Of a stretch of DNA of 64,000 nt, positions 46,795 through 57,886 are shown piece by piece (positions within the stretch are counted from its first letter, which is position 1; every line of letters starts with the position of its first letter). This DNA is from Nitrospirota bacterium. Its GTDB lineage: Bacteria; Nitrospirota; JACRHJ01. The translations under genes and the position numbers were made by a program. The notes beneath the pieces are model-generated. The model was not told where the DNA came from. It did no database searches and saw only the letters and a list, made by a program, of their open reading frames with translations. Where the stretch lies: positions 68,350-132,349 of the forward strand of contig JAJYHX010000004.1 of NCBI GenBank assembly GCA_021784575.1. The letters are read 5' to 3'.

Positions 46795-47313
46795 TTAATT
46801 TGCCCCGGTCAGGGTAATTACGTATTTGTCCGTAACAAACGAGGGCGTCTTGTGCCTCTGGAAGATAAATCCGTCGAATACCTTTTTGCCGCCCTTGGTA
46901 ACTATGGCCCTGACAGCCGGATCAACAGGCTCGACGCCCTTGGACGTGACGACGTTGCCCCGGAAAATCCACTGCGGCAGGTATGCCGTAACCTTTATGC
47001 GGTAAGGCGAATTCGGCACTTTCGCGCTGCCGCCTATCCTGACCGTGAACACCTTCGCCGCCTTGGTAATGCGGTTCCCTACGGCCATTTTTACGTCATG
47101 GTATTTCGCCTTTACGGCGTCGGGCACTATGATTTTCTGGCCCTTCGGGAGCGGTATCGGGTGCGGCGGAACGCTGCTTTCCCCGGCGAAGGTGGACAGC
47201 AGCATAGCCTTCTCCTGCTCAAGCTTCCGCTCGTTATTCTTTTTGCCGCACGAAGAAAAAACAACCGCCGCCGCCAGGAACGGCAACAGGTATTTTATCC
47301 GGCGCGCCGTCAC
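46795..47313 (-). CDS. Lipoprotein of unknown function (paralog 1)
   Basis: Lipobox VFSSCG. Shares ...VTSKG.EPV.PA...GGK.VFDGF.FQRHKTP...YVITLTG with the upstream neighbour. Confidence 0.6.
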   Translation of the reverse strand: MTARRIKYLLPFLAAAVVFSSCGKKNNERKLEQEKAMLLSTFAGESSVPPHPIPLPKGQKIIVPDAVKAKYHDVKMAVGNRITKAAKVFTVRIGGSAKVPNSPYRIKVTAYLPQWIFRGNVVTSKGVEPVDPAVRAIVTKGGKKVFDGFIFQRHKTPSFVTDKYVITLTGAN

Positions 47314-47795
47314 TTTGGAATTCCTTCCCTTAGCGTAATCGCATACTTCGGGTGCATAAAGGCGTGCGTGGTCGGGAAGCGCGCGAACAGCCAGCCGTGG
47401 AACACCACGCTGCCGCCTTCCGAAACCTCCACCTGGGCCGCCGGATTATTCGGCTCGTTGGACAGGGAGGTAATCTTGGAGCCCTGCATTACGAACGCAG
47501 GAAAGAAATTTTTGACGAGGATGCTTAAGTCCGAACCGGGGATATTGAATTTCTTGCCTATATCCACCGTCTCGTCTTTTGTCTGCTTCGTGTCCTTGTT
47601 CTCCACGGACAGGACGACCGCCTTCCATTTTCCCTTTACGGCCTCAGGCACTTCCACCACCGGTTTGCCCATTGGCGGTATCGCCTGGGCGGCCTGAGGG
47701 TTCTGCTGTTGATTCTGAGAGTTCTTTTCGCCGCCGCAAGCGGTAAAAATCACGGCGGAAAGCAGCGCCATCGACAGAAAAACAATCTTTTTCAT
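47310..47795 (-). CDS. Lipoprotein of unknown function (paralog 2)
   Basis: Start MKKIVFLSM with lipobox FTACG and GGGGAGGG ribosome-binding site. Paralogous to 46795..47313. Confidence 0.6.
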   Translation of the reverse strand: MKKIVFLSMALLSAVIFTACGGEKNSQNQQQNPQAAQAIPPMGKPVVEVPEAVKGKWKAVVLSVENKDTKQTKDETVDIGKKFNIPGSDLSILVKNFFPAFVMQGSKITSLSNEPNNPAAQVEVSEGGSVVFHGWLFARFPTTHAFMHPKYAITLREGIPK

Positions 47796-47866
47796 CCCGT
47801 TACCCTCCCCGAAAATCAAAATAAACGGTATTAAGGATAATACCGAATTAAACGAAAATCAAGAAA

Positions 47867-47900
47867 AAAAGGCGCCCTGAAAAGTGCGCCTTTCTGTTAA
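47867..47900 (-). terminator. Rho-independent terminator (AGGCGC stem plus T7 run on minus strand)
   Basis: Minus strand reads AGGCGCACTTTTCAGGGCGCCTTTTTTT. Confidence 0.6.
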
Positions 47901-47919
47901 AACCATTAAGTCGTAAGCC

Positions 47920-48249
47920 TTATTTTACCTTCTTGTATTGGTAGTTCTCGCCCATAAACGAGACGGAGAGGATGCCGGTGCCCGGGTCAAGCTTCACCGT
48001 TACGACAATCGGCCCCATGGGAACGAGCAGGGTGTTCGCGTCTTTCTTTTGTGCGGCAGTCTTGCCCTGGCTGCCTTCATAGAAATACTGGCCGCCTTCC
48101 TTCGTTATTTTTATTGTCTTGGAAGGCTCCGAGACCATACCCCAGGTGCCGACCAGCGGGTCGCTCGACTTGGCGCAGGCAAACATTGCCAGCGCGCTGA
48201 GAAGCGCCGCAGCCAACACTATCCCTTTTATCCCGCTTGCTCTTTTCAT
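47920..48249 (-). CDS. Small lipoprotein of unknown function
   Basis: Start MKRASGIKGIVLAAALLSALAMFACA. Confidence 0.5.
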   Translation of the reverse strand: MKRASGIKGIVLAAALLSALAMFACAKSSDPLVGTWGMVSEPSKTIKITKEGGQYFYEGSQGKTAAQKKDANTLLVPMGPIVVTVKLDPGTGILSVSFMGENYQYKKVK

Positions 48250-48415
48250 CTCCCCTCCAGCTCCCCTTGTTGTATTAAGGCACAAGCCCACTATAAAGAC
48301 AGCGGATTTTAATATATCCTTGCCCGGTTGTCAATAAGAAATAATTATATCCAAAAAAATATATAAACGCCTTAAAATCGCTTTAAAATCAGTTGGATGG
48401 CTTAAGGCGCCGCTT

Positions 48416-50143
48416 CTACTCCGAACATACGCCGCATGTCCTGCATTTCCCGACATTGCAGCCCGGGGTATACCTGGCCTTTCTTGCGCGGTCTCTTTCC
48501 TTTAGCAGGTAATCTTTTTTTATCCCGGTATCCAGGTAATCCCACGGGAATTTCTCATCCGCGTCCCTTTCCCTCGACGCATAAAAATCCATCGAAAGTC
48601 CTTCTTTCGCAAACGCGTCCTTCCAGTCTCCGCCGTTTTCCGACACGCGAAGAATGACTTTCGCAAGACGCCTGTCTCCCCTGGCAAGCGCGGCCTGGAT
48701 AAAGGCATACTTCGGGACGTCGCGCGTCACGGAAATATTTGGCCCATTGAGCGATTTTCCTATATGCCGGATTTTCGCCAGAAGCCGGTCTGACGGCTCC
48801 ACAGGCTCCCACTGAAACGGCGTCCAGGGCTTCGGGATGAAACAGTTCACGCTTAATGCAAGGGTTCCGATGCGTCCCTTCCCTTTCGCGGACGAAAGCA
48901 TCGTTTCGCGCGCCTTCCCGGCCAGCGTTATAATCTCCTCGATGTCCTCGTCGGTCTCCGTGGGCAGGCCCACCATGAAATAGAGCTTGACGTTCAGGAC
49001 ACCCGCCTCAATAAGCGTTCTGACCGCCCGGAGCACCTGCTCCTCCGAAATATTTTTGTTTATCACGGCCCGCAGGCGTTCGGAACCCGCCTCCGGCGCA
49101 ATGGCGACGGTCCTGTTACCCCTGGAGACGAGGGCGGCAAGCTCCGGCGTCAGGGAATCCGCCCGTAGCGACGATGCGGAGAAGCCGACAGACCGGCCTC
49201 GGCCAGTCGACCGGCTTTTAACCCCAAGCTCATGAGCAAGCCCCGAGATAAAGGGCCAGTCCGACACTGCCGAGCCGACAAGCCCGATTTTTCCTGCAAG
49301 CCTGCCGCCCTCCTCTACATCTTTCATAACCGACTCAAGGCTTCGGTTCCTGGGCGGGCGGTAAACATATCCCGCCATGCAGAAACGGCAGTGCCGCCCG
49401 CAGCCGCGCGAAAGCTCCACCATGAACATGTCTGCAAACTCGGTATCAGGCGTGATTATGGCGCTTCTGGCGGGGAATTTGTCCAGGTCTTTTACGTATC
49501 GCCTTGCAATGGTCTTCGGCGCGCCGGGCGCGGGGGTGAAATATCTTATCGTGCCGTCGGGATTGTATGCGGGCGTATAAAGCGAAGGTATGTAAATGCC
49601 GGGGATTTTCGATAACGCAAACAGGAACTCCTTTCGGCTTGCGGAATTTTTTAATCTCCCGTATTCGTCGAGGAACTCGTTTATCGATTCCTCGGCCTCG
49701 CCGACGATTACCGCGTCGAAGAAATCGGCGACAGGCTCAGGATTGAAGAACGTGCACACTCCGCCGAGAACAAGGAGCGGATGGGATTCGTCCCTGTCCC
49801 TGGAAAAAGGAGGTATTCCGGAGAGCCGAAGGAAATCCGCAACTGCCGTATAGTCGTGCTCGAACGAGACCGAGAACGCAAGTATCTCGAAATCGCGCGG
49901 TCTTGCCCCTGTCTCTACGGATGCCGGAAGACCGGCTTCGACCCGCCGGTTCCTTTTATCCGGCAGGAACAGCCTCTCAGCCAGGGCGTCCGCGCGCGCG
50001 TTTATAACACGGTATATCGTCTGGTATCCGAGCGAGGACATGCCCACGTAATACGTCCCCGGAAATACCAGGCCTACAGTCGTCCTTCCTCCCCTGGGTT
50101 TAACTATCGCGCCTTTTTCGCGGATACTGCTTTTCCTGCGCAA
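48416..50143 (-). CDS. B12-binding-domain radical SAM protein (TIGR03960-like)
   Basis: Radical SAM CxxxCxxC motif (CGRHCRFCMAGY). 575 aa. Starts 6 bp after the ftsZ stop. Confidence 0.8.
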   Translation of the reverse strand: MRRKSSIREKGAIVKPRGGRTTVGLVFPGTYYVGMSSLGYQTIYRVINARADALAERLFLPDKRNRRVEAGLPASVETGARPRDFEILAFSVSFEHDYTAVADFLRLSGIPPFSRDRDESHPLLVLGGVCTFFNPEPVADFFDAVIVGEAEESINEFLDEYGRLKNSASRKEFLFALSKIPGIYIPSLYTPAYNPDGTIRYFTPAPGAPKTIARRYVKDLDKFPARSAIITPDTEFADMFMVELSRGCGRHCRFCMAGYVYRPPRNRSLESVMKDVEEGGRLAGKIGLVGSAVSDWPFISGLAHELGVKSRSTGRGRSVGFSASSLRADSLTPELAALVSRGNRTVAIAPEAGSERLRAVINKNISEEQVLRAVRTLIEAGVLNVKLYFMVGLPTETDEDIEEIITLAGKARETMLSSAKGKGRIGTLALSVNCFIPKPWTPFQWEPVEPSDRLLAKIRHIGKSLNGPNISVTRDVPKYAFIQAALARGDRRLAKVILRVSENGGDWKDAFAKEGLSMDFYASRERDADEKFPWDYLDTGIKKDYLLKERDRARKARYTPGCNVGKCRTCGVCSE

Positions 50144-50149
50144 ATTAAA

Positions 50150-51397
50150 TCAGTCCGCCTGTCTCCGGAGAAATGTCGGCACGTCCAGTTCGTCCTCATC
50201 GTCTATCCCAAGGGCTTCGTTTCTGAAGTCAAGCCCGGCGACCTTCCTGAGATATGCCGGCTTGTCGATGGTCTTGTCGACAAACGCCTTCACGTTGGAG
50301 GCCTTGCCGAGTATCTTCTCCTCGCCGATGGACATCTCCGTTATGTCCGCATTCAGGGAAGAAACCCTCGGCTCGCGTCCGATGCTTGCCGCCTTCGGTA
50401 TTGCCTTCTCGTCCAGGCGCACCGCCTGGGATACGGCGCTGTCCTCGAACCCCGTGGCGATTACCGTGACGCATACCTCGTCCGCCATGTCCTCGTTGAT
50501 TACGGATCCGAAGATGATATTGGCTTCGGGGTCGGAGGCTTCCTGGATTATCGTCGACGCCTCTATAACCTCGGTCATCGTGAGGTCGGGGCCGCCGGTT
50601 ATGTTGATAAGCACGCCCCTTGCGCCGTCGATTGTCCCTTCTTCGAGGAGCGGAGAGGATATGGCCTTCTGCGCGGCCTCGACCGCGCGGTTATCGCCCT
50701 GCGCCACGCCCGTTCCCATTACTGCGCGCCCCATGGAGGACATCACGGTCTTGACGTCGGCGAAGTCGAGGTTGATATATCCGTTCATCATAATGACGTC
50801 GGATATGCCCTGCACCGCCTGGCGTAGCACGTCATCGACGATGGAGAACGCCTGCTTGAACGGAGTGCGCTTGTCTATGACGCCGAGCAGCCTCTGGTTC
50901 GGAATCGTGATGATGGTGTCCACGCACTTCTTGAGCTCGTCCAGTCCGGTCTCGGCCTGCCGCATCCTCTGTCTGCCCTCGAAGATAAAGGGTTTCGTAA
51001 CTACGGCGACCGTCAGCGCCCCCATCTCTCGCGCGACCTGCGCGATTACCGGGGCCGCGCCCGTCCCGGTGCCGCCTCCCATGCCGCATGTGACGAAGAC
51101 CATGTCCGAGCCGGAAAGGGCCTCCCGGATATTATCGACATCCTCCTGCGCCGCGTGTCTGCCCACCGTCGGGTTTGCGCCGGCGCCCAGGCCGCGTGTA
51201 AGCTGCGCTCCGAGCTGGATCTTGTGCGACGCGCAGGATTTCTCGAGCGCCTGCACGTCCGTGTTGGCGGTTATGAATTCCACGCCTGCAAGACCCGCCG
51301 CAATCATCGTATTGACGGCGTTCCCGCCGCCTCCGCCTACGCCGATTACCCTGATGTTCGCCCCCCTTCTCGCTTCCTCTTCAAATTCGAACATCAA
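50150..51397 (-). CDS. ftsZ: Cell division GTPase FtsZ
   Basis: GGGTGTG tubulin signature, T7 loop. Confidence 0.95.
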   Translation of the reverse strand: MMFEFEEEARRGANIRVIGVGGGGGNAVNTMIAAGLAGVEFITANTDVQALEKSCASHKIQLGAQLTRGLGAGANPTVGRHAAQEDVDNIREALSGSDMVFVTCGMGGGTGTGAAPVIAQVAREMGALTVAVVTKPFIFEGRQRMRQAETGLDELKKCVDTIITIPNQRLLGVIDKRTPFKQAFSIVDDVLRQAVQGISDVIMMNGYINLDFADVKTVMSSMGRAVMGTGVAQGDNRAVEAAQKAISSPLLEEGTIDGARGVLINITGGPDLTMTEVIEASTIIQEASDPEANIIFGSVINEDMADEVCVTVIATGFEDSAVSQAVRLDEKAIPKAASIGREPRVSSLNADITEMSIGEEKILGKASNVKAFVDKTIDKPAYLRKVAGLDFRNEALGIDDEDELDVPTFLRRQAD

Positions 51398-51445
51398 AAG
51401 ACCTCCTTTCTGGTTAACCTGCTGTTATTCCATAGGTCCGTTTCT

Positions 51446-52678
51446 TTAGAAAAAGTTCTCCACCCATTCCCGCATCCTGCCTATAACCTTCGCAAAGAGA
51501 TTGCCGTCCGAAATCCTCTTAACCTTCCCGGCGCCCGCCTGCTGCGCCCCGAAGAGGACGAGGCCGACGCCCGTGGCGTACATGGGAGAATTCACGACAT
51601 CGACAAGGCCGCCGATGCCCATGGGAAGCCCGCGCCGGGCGGGCATTTCCATCACGCGCTCCGCAGCCTCCGGGATGCCTTCCATTACCGCGGTCCCGCC
51701 GGTTATGACGACGCCGGACGCTATGCGTTCCTCAAAGCCCGTCTTCCGGAACTCCTTGAGGACAAGCCCGAAAATCTCCTCGACCCGCGGCTCCGTTATC
51801 TCGGAGAGGACCTGGCGCGAAAGCACCCTCGGCGGCCTTCCGCCGACACTCGCAACCTCTATAGTCTCGTCGTCCCTTACCATGTTCGTAAGCGCGCAGC
51901 CGTAACGCTTCTTTATCTTTTCCGCTTCCGCCGCCGGAGTCCTGAGTCCCACGGCTATGTCGTTCGTGAGGTGGTTCCCGCCTATTGCTATAACCGCCGT
52001 ATGCCAGATGCCGCCCTCGATGAAGATGGCGAGATCGGTAGTCCCGCCGCCGACATCAACCACCGCCACGCCGAGTTCCTTCTCGTCGCTTGAGAGAACC
52101 GCATAGCTCGAAGCGAGAGGCTCCAGGACTATGTCCAGGACGTCGAGACCCGCGCGGTTGCAGCTCTTGATGATATTCTGCGCGGAGGTGACGGCGCCGG
52201 TAACAACGTGCACCTCGGCCTCGAGCCGGACTCCGCTCATGCCGAGCGGCTCCTTTATCCCGTCCTGGTCGTCTATAGAGAACTCCTGCGGGAGGACGTG
52301 CAGTATCTCCCTGTCCATCGGTATCGCCACGGCCTTGGCCGCTTCGATTACCCGGTCAACGTCCGCCTTGGAAATCTCGCGGTCTTTTATCGCTATTACG
52401 CCTCGGCTGTTGAAACTCTTTATATGGCTTCCGGCGATACCGGTAAAGACGGCGTTTATCTCGACGCCCGCCATCAGCTCGGCCTCTTCGACGGCCTTTT
52501 TTATGGACTCGACGGTGCTCTCGATATTGACGACGACTCCCTTCCGGAGACCGTGCGATGGGTGGCTTCCGATGCCGACAATGTCAATCCTGCCGTCCTC
52601 CTTGACCTCGCCGACAATCGCGCATATCTTCGTCGTCCCTATATCGAGTCCGACGACTATGTTATCCTTTCTCGCCAA
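51446..52678 (-). CDS. ftsA: Cell division protein FtsA (probable TTG start)
   Basis: Actin-like ATPase (IVVGLDIGTTKI...). GGGAGGAGG ribosome-binding site then TTG. The longer ATG-start ORF-track call overlaps ftsQ through a repeat-derived frame. Confidence 0.85.
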   Translation of the reverse strand: MARKDNIVVGLDIGTTKICAIVGEVKEDGRIDIVGIGSHPSHGLRKGVVVNIESTVESIKKAVEEAELMAGVEINAVFTGIAGSHIKSFNSRGVIAIKDREISKADVDRVIEAAKAVAIPMDREILHVLPQEFSIDDQDGIKEPLGMSGVRLEAEVHVVTGAVTSAQNIIKSCNRAGLDVLDIVLEPLASSYAVLSSDEKELGVAVVDVGGGTTDLAIFIEGGIWHTAVIAIGGNHLTNDIAVGLRTPAAEAEKIKKRYGCALTNMVRDDETIEVASVGGRPPRVLSRQVLSEITEPRVEEIFGLVLKEFRKTGFEERIASGVVITGGTAVMEGIPEAAERVMEMPARRGLPMGIGGLVDVVNSPMYATGVGLVLFGAQQAGAGKVKRISDGNLFAKVIGRMREWVENFF

Positions 52679-52694
52679 TCCCCACCTCCTCCCT

Positions 52695-53570
52695 TCAAAA
52701 CGACTGCGCGTCAAGGACCGGCCCGCCGTGGGCAGCCGATACGCCGGATGCCGGTCTGCCGGATGCCGGTCTGCCTGAAACCGGTCTGCCGGCCACAACC
52801 ACCTTGCCGGGGAACCTGAGGTCGATTAATCCGGGTTTCAGGCCGCGCCTTGCGATGTCCGATTCGACATCCATCAGCCGCCTTATTTTTTGCCGGTATC
52901 CGCCGCTGCCGACAAGCACGCGCGCGCCGCCGAACAACAGGCGCGGATTATTGTCTTTCCCGATTTCGACCTCCGCCGACGACAGAGGGCCCTTGCTCTC
53001 GCGCGTTATCCCGAGAAGGCGAAGAGCCTTTCCAAGGCAACCCGCGGTCTTCATGTCGAGTATCCCGAGGCCCCGCGACGAAGGGTATTCTATGACCGGC
53101 AGAAATTCCCATCCCGGCTGCGTTACCTTTGCAAGCGCGAAACCTTCAGAATCGACCAGGTATTTTGCGGATGCGGTCTTAACTACAGCCGCCGGTGTCC
53201 GCTCCGTAAGCTCGAAGCGCACCTCGCCGGGAAAGTCTCTTCTCACAATACCCGACTTTATCCACGGATGGCCTTCAATCCTCTTCATGGCGCCCTTCAT
53301 GTCATAAGACAGGATGCTGCCGCCCCTCGGATCGCCGACAAACCTGATGAAATCTTCCTTGCGCACGTATTTCAGGCCTTCCACCCGCACCTGCCTGATT
53401 TTAAACGCAGGGATGCGGCAGACATATCTTTTGGCTGCGCGCGCGGCTATCGGCGCAAGGAACGCAAGCCCGATAACGGCGAGAAGAGCGGCCCCCATGA
53501 GTGCTATTTTTCTGCCCGCCTTTTTCCGCCATTTGGACTTCATCTGATTCTTCCGGCCATCGACTCTCAT
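52695..53570 (-). CDS. ftsQ: Cell division protein FtsQ with repetitive C-terminal tail
   Basis: N-terminal TM anchor, POTRA domain. Tail GRPVSGRPASGRPASG. Confidence 0.8.
   Translation of the reverse strand: MRVDGRKNQMKSKWRKKAGRKIALMGAALLAVIGLAFLAPIAARAAKRYVCRIPAFKIRQVRVEGLKYVRKEDFIRFVGDPRGGSILSYDMKGAMKRIEGHPWIKSGIVRRDFPGEVRFELTERTPAAVVKTASAKYLVDSEGFALAKVTQPGWEFLPVIEYPSSRGLGILDMKTAGCLGKALRLLGITRESKGPLSSAEVEIGKDNNPRLLFGGARVLVGSGGYRQKIRRLMDVESDIARRGLKPGLIDLRFPGKVVVAGRPVSGRPASGRPASGVSAAHGGPVLDAQSF
52738..52797. repeat. 15-bp tandem repeat (GATGCCGGTCTGCCG x~4) inside the ftsQ 3' end
   Basis: gatgccggtctgccg gatgccggtctgcct gaaaccggtctgccg. Confidence 0.8.
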
Positions 53571-54493
53571 CCGCGCCTCAACGCCCCCTCAAGCATCCGC
53601 TCGATCAGTCCCGTGAAACTCAAACCCGCCGCCGCCGCCGCCTTCGGAAGCAGGCTCGTGGATGTCATGCCGGGCAGCGTGTTCATCTCCAGGACGTACG
53701 GGTTTTCGTCGTTATCCACGCGGAAGTCCACCCGCGCGTATCCATATCCGTGCAGGACATCGAACACCTCGAGCGCCGTCGCCTTTATCCGCTTCTCAAG
53801 CTGCGGGGAAAGTTTCGCCGGGCAGATGTATTCCGTGTCGTGCTTGAGGTATTTCGCGTCGTAGTCGTATACGCCGCTCTTAGGGACTATTTCCACAAGC
53901 GGCAGGGATTCGCCGTTCAGTATCCCGGCTGTAATCTCGCGCCCCTCGATATATCTCTCAACGACGGCCTCCCTGTCGTGCGAGAACGCAAGCTTCAGCG
54001 CGGAAGGCATTTCGCCCTTCTCGCGCACGAAGCTCATACCTATGGTCGAGCCCTGGGTCGGGGGCTTCACCACCGCGGGCAGGCCGAAGCCTTCGGCAGC
54101 GGACATGCCGGAGGAAGAATTCTTCACGATAACAAATTCCGCCGTGGGGATATTGTGGTATTTCAGGATTTTTTTCGTTATCGCCTTGTCCATCGCGATG
54201 GCGGAGCCGGTAACGCCTGTGCCGGTATAAGGCAGCCCCATTGTTTCAAGCAGACCCTGGATTGTCCCGTCCTCGCCGAATTTGCCGTGCAGCGCGAGGA
54301 AAACGATGCCGGGCATTGTCTCGGCAATATCTTTCACAAGCGATGGCCCGTCGTATATGATGGAGGAGGCATCATATCCTGCGCCCTTGAGCGCCTCCAG
54401 AACCGCCGCCCCGGACGAGAAAGATACGTCCCTCTCCGCCGAGAGGCCGCCCATCAAAACTGCAATCTTCTTGTCGCTCAAAATATCCAGCAC
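53567..54493 (-). CDS. ddl: D-alanine--D-alanine ligase
   Basis: ATP-grasp architecture, 308 aa. Confidence 0.9.
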   Translation of the reverse strand: MLDILSDKKIAVLMGGLSAERDVSFSSGAAVLEALKGAGYDASSIIYDGPSLVKDIAETMPGIVFLALHGKFGEDGTIQGLLETMGLPYTGTGVTGSAIAMDKAITKKILKYHNIPTAEFVIVKNSSSGMSAAEGFGLPAVVKPPTQGSTIGMSFVREKGEMPSALKLAFSHDREAVVERYIEGREITAGILNGESLPLVEIVPKSGVYDYDAKYLKHDTEYICPAKLSPQLEKRIKATALEVFDVLHGYGYARVDFRVDNDENPYVLEMNTLPGMTSTSLLPKAAAAAGLSFTGLIERMLEGALRRG

Positions 54494-54496
54494 GGT

Positions 54497-55411
54497 TTAA
54501 TCCCTTCCCGCTATTTTTACTTCCGGTTCCAGTTCGATCCCGGTTTTTTCTTTAACCTTCTGCTTCACAAGTTCCATCAAGTCCATAAAATCCCTTGCCG
54601 TCGCGCCGGAGGCGTTAATCAGGAAGTTCGCGTGTTTTTCACTGACCGCCGCCCCTCCGACGGATAATCCCTTGAGTCCCGCGCCTTCTATAAGCTTCCA
54701 GGCCTTCTCGCCCGGGGGGTTCTTGAATGTTGAGCCTGCGCTCTTTGCGGTGAGCGGCTGGGAGGCCCTTCTCTTTTTTATAAATTCCGACGCGCGCGCC
54801 TTTATTGTCTCAGGGTCTCCGGGCGAAAGCCTGAACCAGGCTTCGGCCACGGCGGAGTTTTCCGGTATGCCGCCGTGCCTGTATTTTCTTTGTGTCCCGC
54901 CGGCGGTCAACTCTGACGTTTTGCCGTCTTCTTTTATAAGCAGGATTTTATATAAAATGTCGCTTATATCATGACCGTACGCCCCCGCGTTCATGTATAC
55001 CGCGCCGCCGACGGTCCCCGGAATGCCGGCGGCGAACTCCAGGCCGGAGAGGCCTTCGTCCGCGCAAAAATTCGCAAGCTTCGGGAGCGGCGTCCCCGCG
55101 CCTGAGCGGATGGCGGGGCTTCCGCCCTCGACGTTCTCTTTTATAATCCAGTCCAGCTTCGCAAGGTTTATCACAAGCCCTTCTATTCCGCCGTCTTTCA
55201 CGAGCAGGTTCGTCCCGTTTCCCAGGATGAACACCGGCACATCCGCTTTGTAAGCCGCCTCGAAAAGCATTGCCATCTGTCCCGCATCTTCCGGAAACGC
55301 CATCGCGTCAGCCGGGCCGCCAATCCCAAGCGAGGTATGCATGGACATCGGCTCCGAGAGCCTAACCTCGCCGGCGAATTTCAGCCTGCCGGTAAGTTCA
55401 ACCGCATTCAT
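54497..55411 (-). CDS. murB: UDP-N-acetylenolpyruvoylglucosamine reductase
   Basis: FAD-binding PCMH domain (GIGGPADA...GNGTNLL). Confidence 0.9.
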   Translation of the reverse strand: MNAVELTGRLKFAGEVRLSEPMSMHTSLGIGGPADAMAFPEDAGQMAMLFEAAYKADVPVFILGNGTNLLVKDGGIEGLVINLAKLDWIIKENVEGGSPAIRSGAGTPLPKLANFCADEGLSGLEFAAGIPGTVGGAVYMNAGAYGHDISDILYKILLIKEDGKTSELTAGGTQRKYRHGGIPENSAVAEAWFRLSPGDPETIKARASEFIKKRRASQPLTAKSAGSTFKNPPGEKAWKLIEGAGLKGLSVGGAAVSEKHANFLINASGATARDFMDLMELVKQKVKEKTGIELEPEVKIAGRD

Positions 55412-56784
55412 AAACCGTTCAGCTTCTCGAGAAACAGTTCTCCAACCTTCCAGACATCGCCCGCGCCGAGCGTTATTACGAGGTCGCCGGACTTTGTCAC
55501 ATTCTTCAGCCAGTCCACGGCATTTTCCTGCGTCCCGATGAAAGACGCGTCCTTGTGCCCCTGGCCCTTTATGCCGTCATACAAATTCTTTGCGCTGATG
55601 CCGTCTATGGGCTTTTCCCCCGCCGGGTATATGTCCATCACCGCAAGCTTGTCGGCCTGGCCAAACGCGGTGAAGAACTCCTTCATGAGATCGCGCGTCC
55701 TGGTGTAGCGATGCGGCTGGAACACCACAACCGTCCGCCTGTCCCACCCGGCCTTCGCTCCGGCAAGGGTGGCCTTTATTTCGGTCGGGTGGTGTCCGTA
55801 GTCGTCAACCACCGTTATGCCGCGGGCTTCGCCCTTTATGTAGAACCGCCTGTGCAGTCCGCCGAATTCGGCAAGGGCGCCGCGTATTACCTCAAGCGGT
55901 ATGTCGAGCTCCAGCGCCACGGATATTGCGGCGAGGGAATTGTATACGCTGTGCTGGCCTGGGACGGCGAGCTTAAACATGCCCAGGCTCTCGCTCTTTT
56001 TAAATACCTCGAATTCCGAACCCATGCCGCCGAACCTGATGTCTTTCGCAAAAATATCGGCCTGAGGGCTCAAGCCGTATGTGACGTATCTCTTCTTCAC
56101 GTGCGGGATAAGCTCCCGCACATGTTCCACGTCCAGGCAGAGCACGGCCAGGCCGTAAAATGGAATTTTATTTATGAATTGCAGGAAGGCGTCTTTTATC
56201 TCCTCTATGCCTTTCGTGTAGTGGTCGAGATGTTCCTCGTCGATATTCGTCACGACGGCGATAGTCGGGGAAAGCATAAGGAAGCTTCCGTCCGATTCGT
56301 CGGCCTCAGCCACGAGGAACTCCCCCTGCCCCAGTTTCGCGCCCGCACCGAATATATTCAGTTTCCCGCCGATTACCACGGTCGGGTCTATCCCGCCTTT
56401 TGCGAGTATCGTGGACACCATCGACGTCGTGGTGGTTTTCCCGTGCGCTCCCGCGACGGCAATCCCGTACTTAAGGCGCATCAGCTCCGCGAGCATCTCC
56501 GCGCGCGGTATTACGGGTATCTGCCGTTCTCTCGCCGCCGCAACCTCGGTGTTGTCCTCCTTGACGGCGGAAGATATGACGACCACGTCCGCCCCCTCGA
56601 CGTTCGCGGCCTTGTGTCCTATGAATATCTCCGCGCCGACGGATTCAAGCCTTTTGGTCGTATCGCTTTCCCTGAGGTCGGAGCCGCCAATCTTGTACCC
56701 AAGATTTATCAGGACTTCGGCTATGCCGCTCATGCCGACGCCGCCGATGCCTACGAAGTGTATCCTGCGATACTTCTTATACAT
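55408..56784 (-). CDS. murC: UDP-N-acetylmuramate--L-alanine ligase
   Basis: Starts [34 protein letters not shown]-loop. Confidence 0.9.
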   Translation of the reverse strand: MYKKYRRIHFVGIGGVGMSGIAEVLINLGYKIGGSDLRESDTTKRLESVGAEIFIGHKAANVEGADVVVISSAVKEDNTEVAAARERQIPVIPRAEMLAELMRLKYGIAVAGAHGKTTTTSMVSTILAKGGIDPTVVIGGKLNIFGAGAKLGQGEFLVAEADESDGSFLMLSPTIAVVTNIDEEHLDHYTKGIEEIKDAFLQFINKIPFYGLAVLCLDVEHVRELIPHVKKRYVTYGLSPQADIFAKDIRFGGMGSEFEVFKKSESLGMFKLAVPGQHSVYNSLAAISVALELDIPLEVIRGALAEFGGLHRRFYIKGEARGITVVDDYGHHPTEIKATLAGAKAGWDRRTVVVFQPHRYTRTRDLMKEFFTAFGQADKLAVMDIYPAGEKPIDGISAKNLYDGIKGQGHKDASFIGTQENAVDWLKNVTKSGDLVITLGAGDVWKVGELFLEKLNGL

Positions 56785-56794
56785 TAATACTCCT

Positions 56795-57886
56795 TTATGC
56801 GGCAGCCAATTTCCTGCATATCTCCAACACCCGCACCGCGGCATCCGGCCTTCCGAGCGCCCTTGAGCGCTCCTGCATCCGGGGAATGGTTCCCGCATCC
56901 GAAAGCAGGCTTCTTATTTCATCCGCCAGCCTTTCGCCCGTCGCCTCACGGTCGAGCACGACCCTTGCCGCCCCCACGGTCTCCATCTCTCTCGCGTTTT
57001 TCTCCTGGTGGTTATCCGCGGCGAACGGGTAGGGGATAAGCACGGCAGGCTTGCCAAGCGCCGTAACCTCCGCGATGGTGAGCGCGCCGGAGCGGCAGAC
57101 TACAATGTCCGCGCATGCGTATGCCGACGCCATGTCGTATATATACGGCATCACACGGCAGACAAACCCGGCCCCGCCGTACGCGGCGGCGGTTTCCTCG
57201 TAATCTCTCTGCCCGGTCTGATGAATAAACTGGAGCTTGTCTTTCATGCCGGAAAGCCCCTGAAGCGCGCCTGCGACGGCCCTGTTTATCCGCGACGCCC
57301 CGCCGCTCCCGCCTGTCACAAGCACCGTGGTTTTATTCCCATGAAGCCCCATCGACATCAGGGCGTCTTCTTTTTTCACGTCGAGCAGTCCGCGCCTGAT
57401 CGGGTTGCCGGTCAGGACGCATTTCCCGGCCGGAAAGAATGTTTCCCCGGCCTGGAAACCGAGACATACCCTGTCGGCTATTTTCCCCAGCCATTTGTTT
57501 GCAAGGCCGGGGGCCGCGTTCTGCTCCTGGAGGATTACGGGCTTGCCCATCAGTCTGGCCGCAAGCACCGCCGGGAACGAGGCGTAACCTCCGACACCCA
57601 GGACGGCGTTCGGCTTGAATTCGCGGATAACTCCAGCCGCCTGGGCCGCGCCCGCCGGAACAGACAAAACAGTCTTTATCTTCTGTGAAGCGCCCATACC
57701 CTTGAACCTGCCAGCGTCTATCAGCTTCAGGTTAAAACCCTCCCTTGGAACAACCCTCGTTTCTATCCCCTGCGCCGTGCCGACGAACAAGACCTCGATG
57801 CCTTCCTTCACGGCCTCAGCCGCCACCGCAATCCCCGGATAGAGATGACCGCCCGTGCCGCCGCCGGCGATTAAAAGCCTCCTCAA
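56795..57886 (-). CDS. murG: Undecaprenyldiphospho-muramoylpentapeptide beta-N-acetylglucosaminyltransferase
   Basis: [11 protein letters not shown]-terminus. GT28 C-terminal domain. Confidence 0.9.
   Translation of the reverse strand: MRRLLIAGGGTGGHLYPGIAVAAEAVKEGIEVLFVGTAQGIETRVVPREGFNLKLIDAGRFKGMGASQKIKTVLSVPAGAAQAAGVIREFKPNAVLGVGGYASFPAVLAARLMGKPVILQEQNAAPGLANKWLGKIADRVCLGFQAGETFFPAGKCVLTGNPIRRGLLDVKKEDALMSMGLHGNKTTVLVTGGSGGASRINRAVAGALQGLSGMKDKLQFIHQTGQRDYEETAAAYGGAGFVCRVMPYIYDMASAYACADIVVCRSGALTIAEVTALGKPAVLIPYPFAADNHQEKNAREMETVGAARVVLDREATGERLADEIRSLLSDAGTIPRMQERSRALGRPDAAVRVLEICRKLAAA

Noticed and set aside
51446-52798. 450-aa ATG-initiated version of ftsA overlapping ftsQ by ~100 bp
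   Set aside because: The N-terminal 40 residues come from the other frame of the ftsQ tandem repeat (ADRHPADRHPA). A TTG start with a strong ribosome-binding site gives a canonical FtsA N-terminus.
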